Virus record (IMG/VR): IMGVR_UViG_3300049893_002571
Span: 1 to 36,916 of that record
Strand: one strand, 5' to 3'
DNA length: 36,916 bases
Source of the DNA: a virus
Lineage: Duplodnaviria > Caudoviricetes
Within the stretch, counting starts at the first letter, position 1, and the number at the start of each line of letters is the position of its first letter. Positions 35,583-36,916 of this stretch are shown one piece after another. The notes beneath the pieces are model-generated. The model saw only the letters and a program-made list of their open reading frames with translations, had not been told where the DNA came from and did no database searches. The translations under genes were made by a program, and so were the position numbers.

Positions 35583-35620
35583 TGATGACTACTGTATAAT
35601 AGAAGTTAAGTGAGGACTAT

Positions 35621-36916
35621 ATGGGTTTGTTTGACGATCTAACTAAGGGCATTAAAAACGCTTTATTGAGCGATATTAACGAGTTGTCTAAAGGCGACGG
35701 CGATAATGTGCCCGATAAGCCCCAAGAATTGCCTCAAAACGATGGCTCGATTGGCCAGAAGGCCATAATTGATGACCCATTTTTTGATCAAGTTCATCAA
35801 CACTTTATATTCCGCAACAAAATGTCGCGGATCTCCAATAAGACCCTAAAAGATGTCTCAGTAAGAGACTGGGTTGTTTCTGCTGCTATTCAGGCCCGCT
35901 GCGACACCATGCTTCGCTTTGCTCGTCCGCAGCGCAAAATGTTTGATATGGGGTTCAAGCTTCAAAAGAAGAACCACCACGAAGATCTAACCCCCGAAGA
36001 TCGAAAAATTATTGCTGACTTAGAGGACTTCATCTATCATTGCGGTCGCAAGGATAAGGTCCCTCCAGGCGAAGAGATGACCTTCGGTGAGTTTCTTAAG
36101 CTGTGTACACGCGATGCTCTAACCTTTGGTCACGTGGCAGCTGAGAAGATTTTGACCCGTCGTGGTAGTCTGCACAGGTTTCGTCCTGTGCCATCTGAGT
36201 CTACGTACATTATTAATCCAAAAACCAACAAAGAAATCATTGTTAAAGAGATTGCGAGCGCTCGTAAGACATATAAGATGAAGCATGCGACTCAGGGCGG
36301 CATTGATCCTGAGGAAAATCAGCAGCTGAACGAGCCGTCTATCGAGTACTATAAGTACGTACAGATGTCCTACGATTCTAAGATCCTTGCTGCATTCGGC
36401 GATGAGGATATGATCTTCAAGTTGTTTAACCCACAGAATTTTGCAGATTCTATGGGATATTGTTATTCGCCGTTAGAGTTGGCCATCATCAATGTAACAA
36501 ACCATCTCAACGTTGAAAACTATAACTCCAACTTCTTTACGCATGGCTACGCTGCGCGCGGCATCCTTCATCTAAAGGGAACAGTAACCCAAGCACAGCT
36601 AGCCTCTTTCCGTAGGCAGTTCTATAACACCATCTCTGGTACACAGAATGCATGGCGGACTCCAATCGTTGCAGGTATGGACGACGTACAGTGGGTACCA
36701 ATGTCTGGTAGTGCTAAAGAGATGGAATACCTTAATTACAACAACCATATTATTAGAGCAATTTGTACTCAGTTTCAGATCGACCCGGTCGAATTGGGCC
36801 TAGATTATCTTATTAGTGGTACTGGTCGCTCATCTACGCAGCAGGCAAACAACGAATATAAGATTAACTACTCCCGCGAGCGCGGCTTAATTCCTATCCT
36901 CATGTTGTTCGAAGAC
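35621..36916 (+). CDS. Portal protein (3' truncated by the window edge; absent from the ORF track)
   Basis: gTATAAT, GAGG and ATG 35621; open frame MGLFDDLTKG...RDALTFG...YSPLELA...NFFTHG..ARGIL...KEMEY...FQIDPVELG, an HK97-family portal pattern. Confidence 0.9.
   Translation, partial: MGLFDDLTKGIKNALLSDINELSKGDGDNVPDKPQELPQNDGSIGQKAIIDDPFFDQVHQHFIFRNKMSRISNKTLKDVSVRDWVVSAAIQARCDTMLRFARPQRKMFDMGFKLQKKNHHEDLTPEDRKIIADLEDFIYHCGRKDKVPPGEEMTFGEFLKLCTRDALTFGHVAAEKILTRRGSLHRFRPVPSESTYIINPKTNKEIIVKEIASARKTYKMKHATQGGIDPEENQQLNEPSIEYYKYVQMSYDSKILAAFGDEDMIFKLFNPQNFADSMGYCYSPLELAIINVTNHLNVENYNSNFFTHGYAARGILHLKGTVTQAQLASFRRQFYNTISGTQNAWRTPIVAGMDDVQWVPMSGSAKEMEYLNYNNHIIRAICTQFQIDPVELGLDYLISGTGRSSTQQANNEYKINYSRERGLIPILMLFED

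Noticed and set aside
1-36916. Stop-codon reassignment (alternative genetic code)
   Set aside because: Conserved genes are full length in code 11, and TAA, TGA and TAG all occur as stops at sensible gene ends.
1-36916. CRISPR array
   Set aside because: No regularly spaced direct repeats with unique spacers were seen.

Overview
A gene-dense segment of a large tailed dsDNA phage genome (standard genetic code; host not determinable, Gram-negative tentatively). In order: a tail-fibre/receptor-binding cluster with two ~780-aa paralogues, a fibre chaperone and a GIY-YIG homing endonuclease; a minus-strand primase/HNH/DnaB-like helicase operon; SF2 helicase; GH24 endolysin; an unusual long-variable-arm CAU tRNA; PPP-type phosphatase; a sigma70 factor truncated before region 4.2; a structured non-coding region with GCGAAGC mini-hairpins (origin candidate); dUTPase; a degenerate DNA MTase; GroEL; a candidate envelope-spanning protein; SbcC; HNH; a DnaQ-DnaE fusion polymerase; SSB, UvsY-like, RecA and SbcD; a sigma4-like protein; small and large terminase; and the start of the portal. 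The most notable signals are: (1) a coherent transcription system in which a sigma lacking its -35 reader co-occurs with about 16 -10-only promoter-like sites, many embedded in hairpins that hide the next RBS, two apparently leaderless, and one face-to-face pair bracketing a palindrome; (2) the class II, initiator-like CAU tRNA; (3) adjacent unrelated genes sharing N-termini, suggesting insertion with duplication of the translation start. All calls come from motif reading by eye; no searches or folding programs were run.
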